From contig JBDREQ010000003.1 in assembly GCA_043819555.1 (NCBI GenBank), positions 32,001 through 96,000 on the forward strand: a stretch of DNA of 64,000 nucleotides. The letters are read 5' to 3'. Position numbers and translations under genes: made by a program. How positions within the stretch are numbered: position 1 is the first letter of the stretch; each line of letters starts with the position of its first letter. Below the pieces are notes generated by a model. That model had not been told where the DNA came from, made no database searches, and saw only the letters and a program-made list of their open reading frames with translations. Positions 28,370 to 40,011 of this stretch are shown in pieces. The DNA comes from Candidatus Zixiibacteriota bacterium (lineage in GTDB: Bacteria; Zixibacteria; MSB-5A5; GN15; JAAZOE01).

Positions 28370-29836
28370 ATGGCGATTAAGACTTATGACCAATACAAAG
28401 AATCATTGCAAAAGATGCGGCCCAATATATATAAATTTGGCGAACTTATCGAAGATGTTACGACTCACTCGGCGACAAGAAGAACAATTGAGGGGCATGC
28501 CAATTTGTTCAAGAAATCGCACGAGGATAAATTTAAAGAACTATTGACGACGACCTCGCATCTGACCGGCGAACCGATCAGCAGATATCTGTCGATTATT
28601 CAATCGGTCGATGATATGATCGCAAACTGCAAGATGAAGCGATTCGGATTTCAATATACCGGCACCTGCACCGGCGGGCGATGCGTCGGGTGGACAGCTC
28701 TCAATTCGCTGTTTGTTACCACTTATGATATGGATCAGAAATTTGGAACTGATTACCACCAGAGATTATTGAACTGGCTTAAGGACGCTCAGGCGCGGGA
28801 CATCACTATTGCCGGGGCATTAACCGATCCCAAGGGGGATCGAACCAAAACGCCGTCGCAACAGGATGATCCCGATATGAGCCTGCATATCGTCGAAAAG
28901 CGCAATGATGGAATAGTTGTACGGGGCGCCAAAGTGATGATTTGCGGAGTGGCGGCATCGAATGAAATATTTGTTCTGCCGGGAAGCGCATATGGCGAGG
29001 CCGACAGCGATTATTCGGTGGCGTTTGTTATTCCGAGAGATGCTGAAAATCTCACAATAGTCGAGGCGCGGCATCCCTCGGACGACCGCGACGGAAAAAA
29101 GAGTCCCGATAGCCCCAATGAATTCGGCGGCATCACTCAGGCTTATTTATTCTTTGAAGATGTTTTCGTTCCCAACGAGCGGGTGTTCATGCGCGGGGAG
29201 TATCAATTTACCAAAGATGTTATTTTCAATTTTATCGCTCCTTATCGCGCGGCCATTGGCGGATGCGTGGCCGGACAGGGGGACGTTAAAATCGGCGCGG
29301 CGATTTTGACGGCCCGAGCCAACGGTTTATCGGCCAAAGTATTTCGCGACAAACTAACGCAAATGTATGTCAATAATGAAACGACTTATGGGATGGGGAT
29401 TGCCGCGTCAGCTCTGGGCAAAAAACATCCGTCGGGAGCGTGGCAACCTGATTTATATCTGGCCAATATCAATAAGGTGCATGTGGCGACATTGCCGTAT
29501 GATACCAATCGGCTGGCTCAGGATATTTCGGGGGGGATATCCGAGACGGGGTGCATGCCTTCGTATGAGGATTTCCAAAGCGAAAAATATGGACATCTGG
29601 TTAAAAAATATATGAAAGCGGTGGCGTCGGGCGAATCGCGGGCGCGAGCGGCGCGGCTGGTCGAATGGGCGACGATCGGCGCTGGCGTTCCGGGATGTAT
29701 GCACGGTGGAGGTTCACCTGATGGCGCTAAGCTGATCGTGAGTATGCTGGCCGGTTTGGAAGAGAAAGTCGAAAACGCCCGCCGTTTGGCCGGTATCACT
29801 GAAGAGATTCCGGAGCCGGGGAAGAAAAAGGTGTAG
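28370..29836 (+). CDS. 4-hydroxybutyryl-CoA dehydratase / 4-hydroxyphenylacetate 3-hydroxylase family flavoprotein
   Basis: GALTDPKGDR; DGIVVRGAK; F.DVFVP.ERVF; MHGGGSP. Confidence 0.85.
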   Translation: MAIKTYDQYKESLQKMRPNIYKFGELIEDVTTHSATRRTIEGHANLFKKSHEDKFKELLTTTSHLTGEPISRYLSIIQSVDDMIANCKMKRFGFQYTGTCTGGRCVGWTALNSLFVTTYDMDQKFGTDYHQRLLNWLKDAQARDITIAGALTDPKGDRTKTPSQQDDPDMSLHIVEKRNDGIVVRGAKVMICGVAASNEIFVLPGSAYGEADSDYSVAFVIPRDAENLTIVEARHPSDDRDGKKSPDSPNEFGGITQAYLFFEDVFVPNERVFMRGEYQFTKDVIFNFIAPYRAAIGGCVAGQGDVKIGAAILTARANGLSAKVFRDKLTQMYVNNETTYGMGIAASALGKKHPSGAWQPDLYLANINKVHVATLPYDTNRLAQDISGGISETGCMPSYEDFQSEKYGHLVKKYMKAVASGESRARAARLVEWATIGAGVPGCMHGGGSPDGAKLIVSMLAGLEEKVENARRLAGITEEIPEPGKKKV

Positions 29837-29843
29837 GTATTTT

Positions 29844-29866
29844 ATCGAAGTCGCAGGGATTTCGAC
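29844..29866 (-). repeat. Degenerate copy of the REP hairpin
   Basis: atcgaagtcgcagggatttcgac matches the reverse complement of the left REP at 18/23 positions, including a compensatory pair change. Confidence 0.55.
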
Positions 29867-29902
29867 GCAGTGAAAATTATCAAGCTGTCGCTACGAAAAA
29901 TA

Positions 29903-29941
29903 ACACACCCCGCCCTTCGGGCACCCCTCTCAAGAGCGGAA
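29903..29941. repeat. Small palindromic intergenic repeat
   Basis: CACCCC-GCCC-TTC-GGGC-ACCCCTCTCAAGAG; resembles a widespread intergenic repeat (from memory). Confidence 0.4.
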
Positions 29942-30011
29942 TAAAGAACCTGCTTTAATTCTGCATATATATTTTCATTAAAAATAAAGCATCTTTATTA
30001 AAAAGCAGTAA

Positions 30012-30040
30012 TGTAGGTCGAAACCCTTGCGGTTTCGACA
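30012..30040 (+). repeat. Left REP (GTAG type)
   Basis: GTAG followed by the hairpin GTCGAAACC-cttgc-GGTTTCGAC. Confidence 0.85.
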
Positions 30041-30082
30041 ATAATTTATTGAACTATTATTCTTGGTGACTTATTATATATT

Positions 30083-30586
30083 ATGACGAAAATTCGGAGA
30101 TATTTTGAATCTAATCAATCAATCTTTTTGACGCATGTGACACATCAACGAAAACCTTTATTAATTGAAAACGTGAATTTATTACACTCGGCCATAAAAG
30201 AGGTTAATTTGGATTATCCGATTACAATAATCGCGTGGGTAATAATCCCGGACCATTTTCATATGATTATTGAGTCAAATTCTTCGAATGTGTCGGAATA
30301 TTTTAAAAGATTAAAATTGATATTTTCCGCCAAATACAGGATTAAGAATAAATTGAAAAGCGGTCGCATCTGGCAATATCGTTTTTGGGATCACATAATT
30401 CGAAATCAGGATGATTTGAATTCGCATATAGATTATATTCACTATAATCCGGTTAAGCATTGTTTGATAGATGACCCATTCCAATATAATCATTCGTCAT
30501 TAATGAGTTATTATAAAGAAGGCATATATGAGAGTGATTGGGGAGTCAATGAAGAGAAGTTATTCGATAGAGATTTTGGAGAATAA
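30083..30586 (+). mobile_element. REP-associated tyrosine transposase (RAYT, TnpA-REP)
   Basis: HUH motif PDHFHM; WQYRFWDH; catalytic YIHYNPVKH; flanked by inverted REPs. Confidence 0.92.
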
Positions 30587-30592
30587 ATTTAT

Positions 30593-30662
30593 TGTCGAAA
30601 CCTCCTCCGCTCAGTCCCGTCGGGACTTTGAGTCGGACCTACGGCAAGGGTTTCGACCTACA
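30593..30662 (-). repeat. Right REP (inverted copy of left REP) interrupted by a 41-bp nested GTAG hairpin
   Basis: TGTCGAAACC-[30603-30643]-GCAAGGGTTTCGACCTACA equals the reverse complement of the left REP once the insert is removed. Confidence 0.85.
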
Positions 30663-30791
30663 AAGAGATAACATAAGTTGCTCCAAGCTTGCAAACATCT
30701 ATCTACCAACACAATTACAATTATTTAGGATTTGCTGTATTTGGGTTGACTGGAGTCAATCTCAATTACTGCCGAAGAGTATAAAAAGGGC

Positions 30792-30820
30792 TTGACCGCG
30801 ACGGTTTGGATTCGTATAAT
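30792..30820 (+). promoter_or_regulatory. sigma70 promoter of the tRNA pair
   Basis: TTGACC, 17 bp spacer, TATAAT. Confidence 0.75.
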
Positions 30821-30840
30821 GCTTGTCTAACATAAATTTG

Positions 30841-30914
30841 GGGCCCATAGCTCAGTCGGTTAGAGCAGCTGACTCATAATCAGCGGGTCCCAGGTTCGAG
30901 TCCTGGTGGGCCCA
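30841..30914 (+). tRNA. tRNA with CAT anticodon, most likely tRNA-Ile2 (lysidine); CCA not encoded
   Basis: Cloverleaf: GGGCCCA/TGGGCCC acceptor stem, GCTGA-CTCATAA-TCAGC anticodon arm, GTTCGAG T-loop; lacks initiator-tRNA features. Confidence 0.9.
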
Positions 30915-30942
30915 TATTGTTCTTTGAATTGTGAATTTAACC

Positions 30943-31016
30943 GGGCAATTAGCTCAGTTGGTTAGAGCGTTCGGTTCACATCCGAGAGGCCACTGGTTCG
31001 AATCCAGTATTGCCCA
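30943..31016 (+). tRNA. tRNA-Val(CAC); CCA not encoded
   Basis: GGGCAAT/ATTGCCC acceptor stem; TTCGG-TTCACAT-CCGAG anticodon arm; GTTCGAATC. Confidence 0.93.
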
Positions 31017-31128
31017 GTATTTGAAGATATTATTTTGGTGAGAAGACGAATTAAACATAATATCCGGCGAACACAGCGTTTTGACAAACGCGGAAAAATG
31101 TGCGCCGGAATGCGACAGAAAAAAATAC

Positions 31129-31164
31129 AAAAGTGCCCCCCGGGACAAGGCGGGCACTTTTTTT
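31129..31164 (+). terminator. Intrinsic terminator of the tRNA transcript
   Basis: AAAAGTGCCC...GGGCACTTTTTTT. Confidence 0.75.
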
Positions 31165-31197
31165 ATTCTCTATTTCAGTATGTAGAAGGAGCATGAA

Positions 31198-33395
<2,198 letters not shown>

Positions 33396-33435
33396 ATTTG
33401 ATAAGTTGTGTTGTATATATAAATTAACAGTAGTA

Positions 33436-33811
33436 GAAAGCAGGAAAAACGGTCGCGTCATATGACTTAGTTATCATGATGAGGAAAGTCCGGACTCCGC
33501 AGGGCCGGGGTGCCCCGTAACACGGGGGCGAAGCGATTCGACGGAAAGTGTCGCAGAAAATAACAGCCAACCTTTCCGCGATTTTCGCGGGGAGCGGCAA
33601 TGGTGAAAACGCGGTGTAAGAGACCACGGATTAACCCGGCAACGGGATAATCGGATAAACCCCACCCGGAGCAAGGCCAAATAGGGAAGGATGAGGCAGG
33701 CCCGCCTCGTTTGACTTCCGGGTAGGCCGCATGAGGATATGGGCAACCATATTCCGAGATAGATGATCGTTAACCCGCAAGGGTACAGAATCCGGCTTAT
33801 TTCCTGCTTTC
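33436..33811 (+). ncRNA. rnpB: RNase P RNA (class A)
   Basis: GAGGAAAGTCCGGACT, GAGCAAGGCCAAATAGG and ACAGAATCCGGCTTAT signatures; P1 GAAAGCAGGA/TCCTGCTTTC. Confidence 0.96.
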
Positions 33812-33835
33812 TTCTACAGACATAGGAAAATTCCC

Positions 33836-35590
33836 ATGGCTTGGGGTGATACATCGGTTTCTCAACAGTGGATCCTTGCCGAAGAACCATTGGCCGCGTT
33901 GGTGGATGAAATTGTTTCCAAATGCGAACTGCCAATTCCGGTTGTCAGAGTGCTGATCAATCGTAATATTGATACTCCCGAAAAAGTTAAGAAATTTCTC
34001 GATCCTCAATTAAGTGATCTCACGGATCCGTTTATTCTCAAAGGGATGACGGATGCGGTTGATCGAATAACTGCCGCTCTACGAAATAACGAAAAAATAA
34101 TGATCTATGGCGATTATAATGTCGATGGCATTACGGCGACTTCTCTGTTGTTTTTGGTTCTTAACCGTTTGGGGGCGCAGGTCGATTACTATTTGCCCAA
34201 TCGCCTGACCGAAGGCTATGGTCTTTCCGAGGACGGTATTATTGAGGCCGAACAGAGGGGTATCACGCTGATTATTTCAGTTGATACCGGAATCACGGCC
34301 AATCAGGAAGTGGAATTCGCACGCGAACACGGCATTGACTGTATAATAACAGATCATCACGAAGAAGGTGATAATCTGCCAAAGGCGGTTGCTATTGTCA
34401 ATCCCAAGCAGACCGATTGCGCTTATGATCTGGCTGAATTAGCCGGGGTTGGAGTGGCTTTCAAAGTAGCCCAGGCATTATATCAGAGACTGGGTCAGGA
34501 TAGTTCGGAAATCGAGGAACATCTCGATCTGGTCGCTTTGGGAACATCAGCCGATATTGTCCCTCTTCTCGGTGAGAACAGGACGCTGACTCGTCATGGA
34601 TTCAATCAAATTGTACGAACGACCAAACCGGGCTTGAAATCGCTGACATTTGTTTCCGGTTTGATGGGCAAGGAAATCGGAACAGGACAAGTAATTTTTG
34701 TACTGGCCCCGCGTATAAATGCCATTGGTCGGCTGGGAGACGCTAAGCAAGCGGTTAAACTATTGACAACCCGCGATGAACAGGTCGCGTCAAAGATTGC
34801 CCGGACACTTGACAGCGAGAACAAGCGACGCAAAAATATCGATGAAACGACTCTCAAAGAAGCCCTGACAATGATGGATGAGATATGTGATCTTGAACAC
34901 GAAAAAGCAATCATTCTATCTTCCGAAGGGTGGCATCAGGGAGTTATCGGGATTGTCGCTTCGCGCCTTGTAGAAAAGTATCATTTGCCGACAATCCTAA
35001 TTGCGATAGATAAGGGTGAAGGCAAAGGATCGGCACGTTCCATTCCCGGATTTCATTTGACAGAGGCGTTGAAAGAATGTGAGGATTATTTAATTAGATA
35101 TGGCGGCCATAAATACGCCGCCGGACTGACGATTCGCCCCGAAAAGGTTGAAGCCTTCAGAAAGAAAATGATCGAGGTTTCAAAACGTCGCCTGACAGAA
35201 GATGATCTTATCCCGAAATTATATATAGATTCTGAAGTTGAACTGGACCAGATAAATGACCGATTTCTCGATACTCTGGAGAGGTTTTCTCCGTTCGGAC
35301 CGATGAATATGCGCCCGATATTTCTGACGCGGAATCTGGCAGTGGTCGGCCAGCCATATCTGGTCGGCAAGAATCATCTTAAGATGAAAGTCACAAAAGG
35401 CGAAAAAACATTTGATGTTATCGGATTTGGCTTTGGCGATTTGGTGCGGCCGCTGTCGATGCGAGCAGGGACAATCGATATGGCCTATGTGGTCGAGTAT
35501 AATCACTGGAACGGCATGACGCGCATCCAGCTCCGGGTAAAAGACATAAAGTTTGATGCCGGTCTAATACCAAGAGGGAATGCGAATTAG
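33836..35590 (+). CDS. recJ: ssDNA-specific exonuclease RecJ (motif I reads DYNVD)
   Basis: TDHH, APRINA.GRL, GSARS and GGHKYAAG motifs. Confidence 0.93.
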   Translation: MAWGDTSVSQQWILAEEPLAALVDEIVSKCELPIPVVRVLINRNIDTPEKVKKFLDPQLSDLTDPFILKGMTDAVDRITAALRNNEKIMIYGDYNVDGITATSLLFLVLNRLGAQVDYYLPNRLTEGYGLSEDGIIEAEQRGITLIISVDTGITANQEVEFAREHGIDCIITDHHEEGDNLPKAVAIVNPKQTDCAYDLAELAGVGVAFKVAQALYQRLGQDSSEIEEHLDLVALGTSADIVPLLGENRTLTRHGFNQIVRTTKPGLKSLTFVSGLMGKEIGTGQVIFVLAPRINAIGRLGDAKQAVKLLTTRDEQVASKIARTLDSENKRRKNIDETTLKEALTMMDEICDLEHEKAIILSSEGWHQGVIGIVASRLVEKYHLPTILIAIDKGEGKGSARSIPGFHLTEALKECEDYLIRYGGHKYAAGLTIRPEKVEAFRKKMIEVSKRRLTEDDLIPKLYIDSEVELDQINDRFLDTLERFSPFGPMNMRPIFLTRNLAVVGQPYLVGKNHLKMKVTKGEKTFDVIGFGFGDLVRPLSMRAGTIDMAYVVEYNHWNGMTRIQLRVKDIKFDAGLIPRGNAN

Positions 35591-35592
35591 AA

Positions 35593-36537
35593 ATGACGCT
35601 GTACGAGCAATTTCTCAAAGGTTCGGTTCCCGCCCTCTCAAAAATTATCAGCCATATTGAAAATCTTGGCGAGGAATATCATAAGCTTTTATCAAAACTG
35701 TATCGTCTTACCGATGGCATATATCGGATTGGCCTGACCGGGCCTCCGGGAGCCGGAAAATCATCAATTGTTAATCGTTTGGCCGGCCTCCTGATTGACC
35801 AGGGGAAAAAAGTAGCGATAATTTGTGTTGATCCCAGTTCGCCTTTTACCGGCGGAGCGCTTCTCGGTGATCGTTTACGGATGCAGGATATTCCTCAGGA
35901 TAAGGGCGTTTTTATTCGCTCCATGGGCAGCCGCGGATCATCGGGCGGTTTGGCCTCGGCGACTTCAAATGTGGCCGTCGCACTGGACGCTTTCGGATTC
36001 GATACTCTAATAATCGAGACAGTTGGGGTCGGCCAGATGGAGTTGGACATTATTGATGCCTGCGATACCGTTGTGGTAACGCTTGTTCCCGAATCGGGCG
36101 ATGCCATTCAGGCTCTTAAGGCCGGTCTTATGGAGATCGCCGATGTTTTTGCCGTCAATAAGGCCGATCGGGCCGGCGCGGAACAGATGATTTATGATTT
36201 ACAATCGGCATTCGAAATGCGAACTAAGAGATCGGATTGGGATGTCCCGGTTCTTGCGACACAAGCCTTGCATAATAAGAATATCGATGCATTATTATCT
36301 CATATCATTGCGCACAAGGAATATCTCCTGAAAAGCGGAGATTTAGTTAAAAAACGAGGGCTGCAAATTAAAAAGCGGATCGAGGAGGAAATTACCAGGC
36401 TAATTAAGGGCGATCTGGTGACTTCCGTTCTTGATGATCAGCTATTGAATGAAATTGCAGATAAGGTATTGAAAGGCGAGCAGGACCCATATACAGCCGG
36501 TAAGGAGATATATCAGCGCTTTAAAATAGGCTCTTGA
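35593..36537 (+). CDS. meaB: Acyl-CoA mutase-associated GTPase MeaB
   Basis: GPPGAGKS; DPSSPFTGGALLGDR.RM; ETVGVGQ; NKAD. Confidence 0.95.
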   Translation: MTLYEQFLKGSVPALSKIISHIENLGEEYHKLLSKLYRLTDGIYRIGLTGPPGAGKSSIVNRLAGLLIDQGKKVAIICVDPSSPFTGGALLGDRLRMQDIPQDKGVFIRSMGSRGSSGGLASATSNVAVALDAFGFDTLIIETVGVGQMELDIIDACDTVVVTLVPESGDAIQALKAGLMEIADVFAVNKADRAGAEQMIYDLQSAFEMRTKRSDWDVPVLATQALHNKNIDALLSHIIAHKEYLLKSGDLVKKRGLQIKKRIEEEITRLIKGDLVTSVLDDQLLNEIADKVLKGEQDPYTAGKEIYQRFKIGS

Positions 36538-36609
36538 TTTTTCCCGGTGATGGCGTATATTTATCGCTTGCAATGTTTTTGCGAATTTGATTGTTCACGG
36601 AGTTAATAA

Positions 36610-38277
36610 ATGTTTGACAAAGATTTTTTGGCTCGACTCAAAGAAAAGCACAATAAATGGCTCGAAGAAGCCAGCCAAATGCCTCAGAAATCCAAACCCC
36701 GATTTATTTCCGTCTCAGGCGATGAAGTAGATATCCTTCATGATCCCAATTCGGCTAACATGTCGGATTATGAAGATAAAATCGGATTGCCCGGGGAATT
36801 TCCCTATACACGGGGCGTTCATAAAACCATGTATCGTGGCAGAATGTGGACAATGCGCCAGTTTGCCGGTATGGGATCGCCAAAGCAGACAAACGAGCGT
36901 TTCCTTTATCTGCTTCAGCAAGGTCAAACCGGACTTTCGACCGCATTCGATTTGCCGACTTTAATGGGATTGGATTCCGATAGCCCGCGTTCATTGGGAG
37001 AAGTGGGGAAATGCGGAGTCGCAATTGACTCATTGGCCGATATGGAAATTTTATTCGGCGGCATTGATACCAGCCAGGTTTCGACGTCTATGACAATAAA
37101 TGCTCCGGCTTCGATTCTACTGGCAATGTATATCGCTTTATCGGAGAAGAAGGGCGTAGCTTCTGAAAAATTGACCGGAACGCTTCAGAACGATATTCTC
37201 AAAGAATACATCGCACAGAAGGAGTGGATTTATCCCCCGGAACCGTCAATCAGATTAATTACCGATATGATGTCTTTTTGCGCCGATCATGTTCCGAAAT
37301 GGAATACGATTTCGATTTCCGGCTACCATATACGCGAGGCAGGCGCAACCGCTGCCCAGGAGCTGGCATTTACGCTGGCCGATGGTTTTCAATATGTTGA
37401 ATCAGCGATCGCCGACGGTCAGGATATAGATGTTTTTTCAAAGCGATTATCCTTTTTCTTTAATGCTCATCAGGATTTTTTCGAGGAAATAGCCAAGTAC
37501 CGGGCGGCTCGGCGCATCTGGGCCAAACGGATGCGATATAAATATGGCGCCAAAAAGGAACGAAGCTGGCTGCTTCGTTTCCATACGCAAACAGCGGGAT
37601 GTTCACTAACGGCCCAGCAACCGGAAAATAATTTAATGCGAACGGCTTTTGAAGCGCTATCCGGTGTTTTAGGCGGGACGCAATCACTCCACACCAATTC
37701 GATGGATGAAACTCTGGCTTTGCCTTCTGATAAGGCGGCTTTGCTGGCATTGAGAACTCAGCAAATAATTATGCATGAAACGGGTGTGGCCAATACTATC
37801 GATCCTTTGGCGGGCTCGTATTATGTCGAATATCTCACCGATAAGTTGGAAGCCGAGGCGGAAGCATATTTCGACGAGATTGAAAAGCGCGGCGGGGTTC
37901 TGCAATGTATTGAAGATGGGTATTTCCAGCGCGAGTTAGCCAAATCGGCCTATCGGTATCAAAAAGAAATCGAAAAAGGCGAGAGGATAATCGTCGGTGT
38001 CAACGGTTATACGATGGATGAGAAAATTGAAATCCCTCTACTGAAGATTGATGAATCCGTGGCGCAGGAACAAACTGACCGGCTGATAGAAATTAAAAAA
38101 AGCCGTGATAACGATAAGGTTAAGCGGACATTGGATGATTTGACGGAGTGCAGTAAATCAGGCGGCAATACCATGAAGGCGATTTTGGATTGTGTTCGCG
38201 TGTATGCCACCGAAGGTGAAATTGTTGACGCGATGAAGGTGGTTTTTGGAGAATACACCGAGCCTCCGATGTTTTAA
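36610..38277 (+). CDS. B12-dependent acyl-CoA mutase large subunit, isobutyryl-CoA mutase-like (F85/Q203)
   Basis: TMRQFAG; QNDILKEYIAQKEW; SISGYHIREAG. Confidence 0.9.
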   Translation: MFDKDFLARLKEKHNKWLEEASQMPQKSKPRFISVSGDEVDILHDPNSANMSDYEDKIGLPGEFPYTRGVHKTMYRGRMWTMRQFAGMGSPKQTNERFLYLLQQGQTGLSTAFDLPTLMGLDSDSPRSLGEVGKCGVAIDSLADMEILFGGIDTSQVSTSMTINAPASILLAMYIALSEKKGVASEKLTGTLQNDILKEYIAQKEWIYPPEPSIRLITDMMSFCADHVPKWNTISISGYHIREAGATAAQELAFTLADGFQYVESAIADGQDIDVFSKRLSFFFNAHQDFFEEIAKYRAARRIWAKRMRYKYGAKKERSWLLRFHTQTAGCSLTAQQPENNLMRTAFEALSGVLGGTQSLHTNSMDETLALPSDKAALLALRTQQIIMHETGVANTIDPLAGSYYVEYLTDKLEAEAEAYFDEIEKRGGVLQCIEDGYFQRELAKSAYRYQKEIEKGERIIVGVNGYTMDEKIEIPLLKIDESVAQEQTDRLIEIKKSRDNDKVKRTLDDLTECSKSGGNTMKAILDCVRVYATEGEIVDAMKVVFGEYTEPPMF

Positions 38278-38334
38278 TAAATTAATTTAAAGAGAAGATA
38301 AAGGTTTCGAAAATTTACTTTAGGATTTATTACG

Positions 38335-38754
38335 ATGCCAGATAAAATTAGAGTACTCCTCGCCAAACCGGGTCTTGATGGCCATGACCGCGGCATTAAA
38401 GTAATTGCGGCGGCCTTGCGCGACGCCGGATTTGAAGTTATTTATACCGGACTGCGCCAGACTCCGGAACAGATTGTAACAGCGGCCATTCAGGAAGATG
38501 TCGATGCCATCGGCGTTTCGATTCTGTCCGGCGCTCACATGACCCTGTTTCCATCGATTCTGAATTTACTGAAAAAACAGGGCGGGGAAGGGATAATGCT
38601 ATTTGGCGGAGGCATAATACCCGATGAAGATATTGCCAAACTTGAGAAAATTGGCGTGGCCAAGTTATATACGCCGGGAGCGGCAACGACTGATATAATT
38701 GAATGGCTCAAAAAAGCTGTTTTGGAAAAGAAAGATAATCAGAAGATAATGTAA
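38335..38754 (+). CDS. Mutase cobalamin-binding small subunit
   Basis: [10 protein letters not shown] (DxHxxG); S.LSGAH; GGIIP. Confidence 0.95.
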   Translation: MPDKIRVLLAKPGLDGHDRGIKVIAAALRDAGFEVIYTGLRQTPEQIVTAAIQEDVDAIGVSILSGAHMTLFPSILNLLKKQGGEGIMLFGGGIIPDEDIAKLEKIGVAKLYTPGAATTDIIEWLKKAVLEKKDNQKIM

Positions 38755-38790
38755 TTTTAGGGTTTGTAATAACCATACGGAGGTTTTTTA

Positions 38791-39954
38791 ATGATTAAAC
38801 GGTATAATATTGACCCCAGACAGCAGGCGATCAGGGATCGGGTTGCGGAATTTGGAGAAAAGGAAGTCGCCCCGGTAGCCTGGGATTTGGATCGCCGTCC
38901 GGAACCACAAGTGTTTCCCAAGGATTATTATAGGATACTCGGCAAAGCTGGTTATCTCGGTTTTGCTATGCCCAAGGAATACGGTGGAGGCGGGTATTCA
39001 AATCTGGAATATATAACCATGATTGAAGAGCTGGCATTTTGGGATCCGACGACGTCTCTTATGACTGCCATACCCCAGTTGGCGACTTTTCCTCTCCTGG
39101 TATATGGTAATGCCGAGCAAAAGCAAAAATATATGCCGGGGGTAACTTCAGGTGAGTTGATTCCGTCGTTTATCCTGACTGAAGAAAATGCCGGTTCGGA
39201 TGCCGCCAACCAGAAAACTACAGCTATAGAAGATGGCGATAATTATGTGATCAATGGCAAAAAGCATTTCATCATGCATGGGGATGTCTGCGATTTTGGC
39301 ATTCTCTTTTGCAAAATAGGAGCCCAGGAAGATGCCAAGCGTCCCAAAATTTCAGCTTTTCTTGTAGACGCCAACACACCCGGTTTTAAGCAGGAAACTT
39401 TGCTCTATAAGATGGGTATGAAAGCCGCCACAACCGGCCGTATATACCTTGAGAACGTCACCATTCCCAAGACTAACCTCCTCGGTGAAGAAGGCGCCGG
39501 TTTCCGGTATGCCATGCATACTCTCGACGGCGCCCGAATCGGAGTTGCGGCACAGGCATTGGGTACGGCTCAAAGAGCGTTGGAAGAGTCGATCAAATTC
39601 GCCAATAATCGTATTGCCTTTGGCGCGCCAATTTCAAAACTCCAGGCTATTCAATGGATGATCGCGGATATGGCCACGCGGCTCGAGGCTTCTCGTCTGA
39701 TGACGTATAAAGCGGCCAAGATGCAGGATGATGGCGAGCGCTATGGAGTGGAAGCGGCACAGTGCAAGATGTACGTTACCGAATCTGCCAGATTCTGCGT
39801 TGACCGCGCCATGCAGATCCATTCGGGATATGGATATATCGGTGAGTTTTCCGTCATAGAGAAATTGTACCGCGATCAGCGCGTTACCGAAATCTATGAA
39901 GGAACTAATGAGATTCAACGCCTGATTATCGGCGGCGCTTATTTGCGCAAATAG
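38791..39954 (+). CDS. Acyl-CoA dehydrogenase (short-chain type)
   Basis: LTE..AGSD; R.AFG.PI..LQAIQW; EIYEGTNEIQR. Confidence 0.93.
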   Translation: MIKRYNIDPRQQAIRDRVAEFGEKEVAPVAWDLDRRPEPQVFPKDYYRILGKAGYLGFAMPKEYGGGGYSNLEYITMIEELAFWDPTTSLMTAIPQLATFPLLVYGNAEQKQKYMPGVTSGELIPSFILTEENAGSDAANQKTTAIEDGDNYVINGKKHFIMHGDVCDFGILFCKIGAQEDAKRPKISAFLVDANTPGFKQETLLYKMGMKAATTGRIYLENVTIPKTNLLGEEGAGFRYAMHTLDGARIGVAAQALGTAQRALEESIKFANNRIAFGAPISKLQAIQWMIADMATRLEASRLMTYKAAKMQDDGERYGVEAAQCKMYVTESARFCVDRAMQIHSGYGYIGEFSVIEKLYRDQRVTEIYEGTNEIQRLIIGGAYLRK

Positions 39955-39971
39955 GCATTATCAATTTTGAC

Positions 39972-40000
39972 AAGGGGCCATTGATTGGCCCCTTAATTTT
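39972..40000 (+). terminator. Hairpin, possible intrinsic terminator
   Basis: AAGGGGCCA-ttgat-TGGCCCCTT followed by AATTTT. Confidence 0.55.
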
Positions 40001-40011
40001 ACAGGGGATTC

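Noticed and set aside
33424..33935. Minus-strand ORFs of 67 and 153 aa
   Set aside because: Antisense shadows of the RNase P RNA gene
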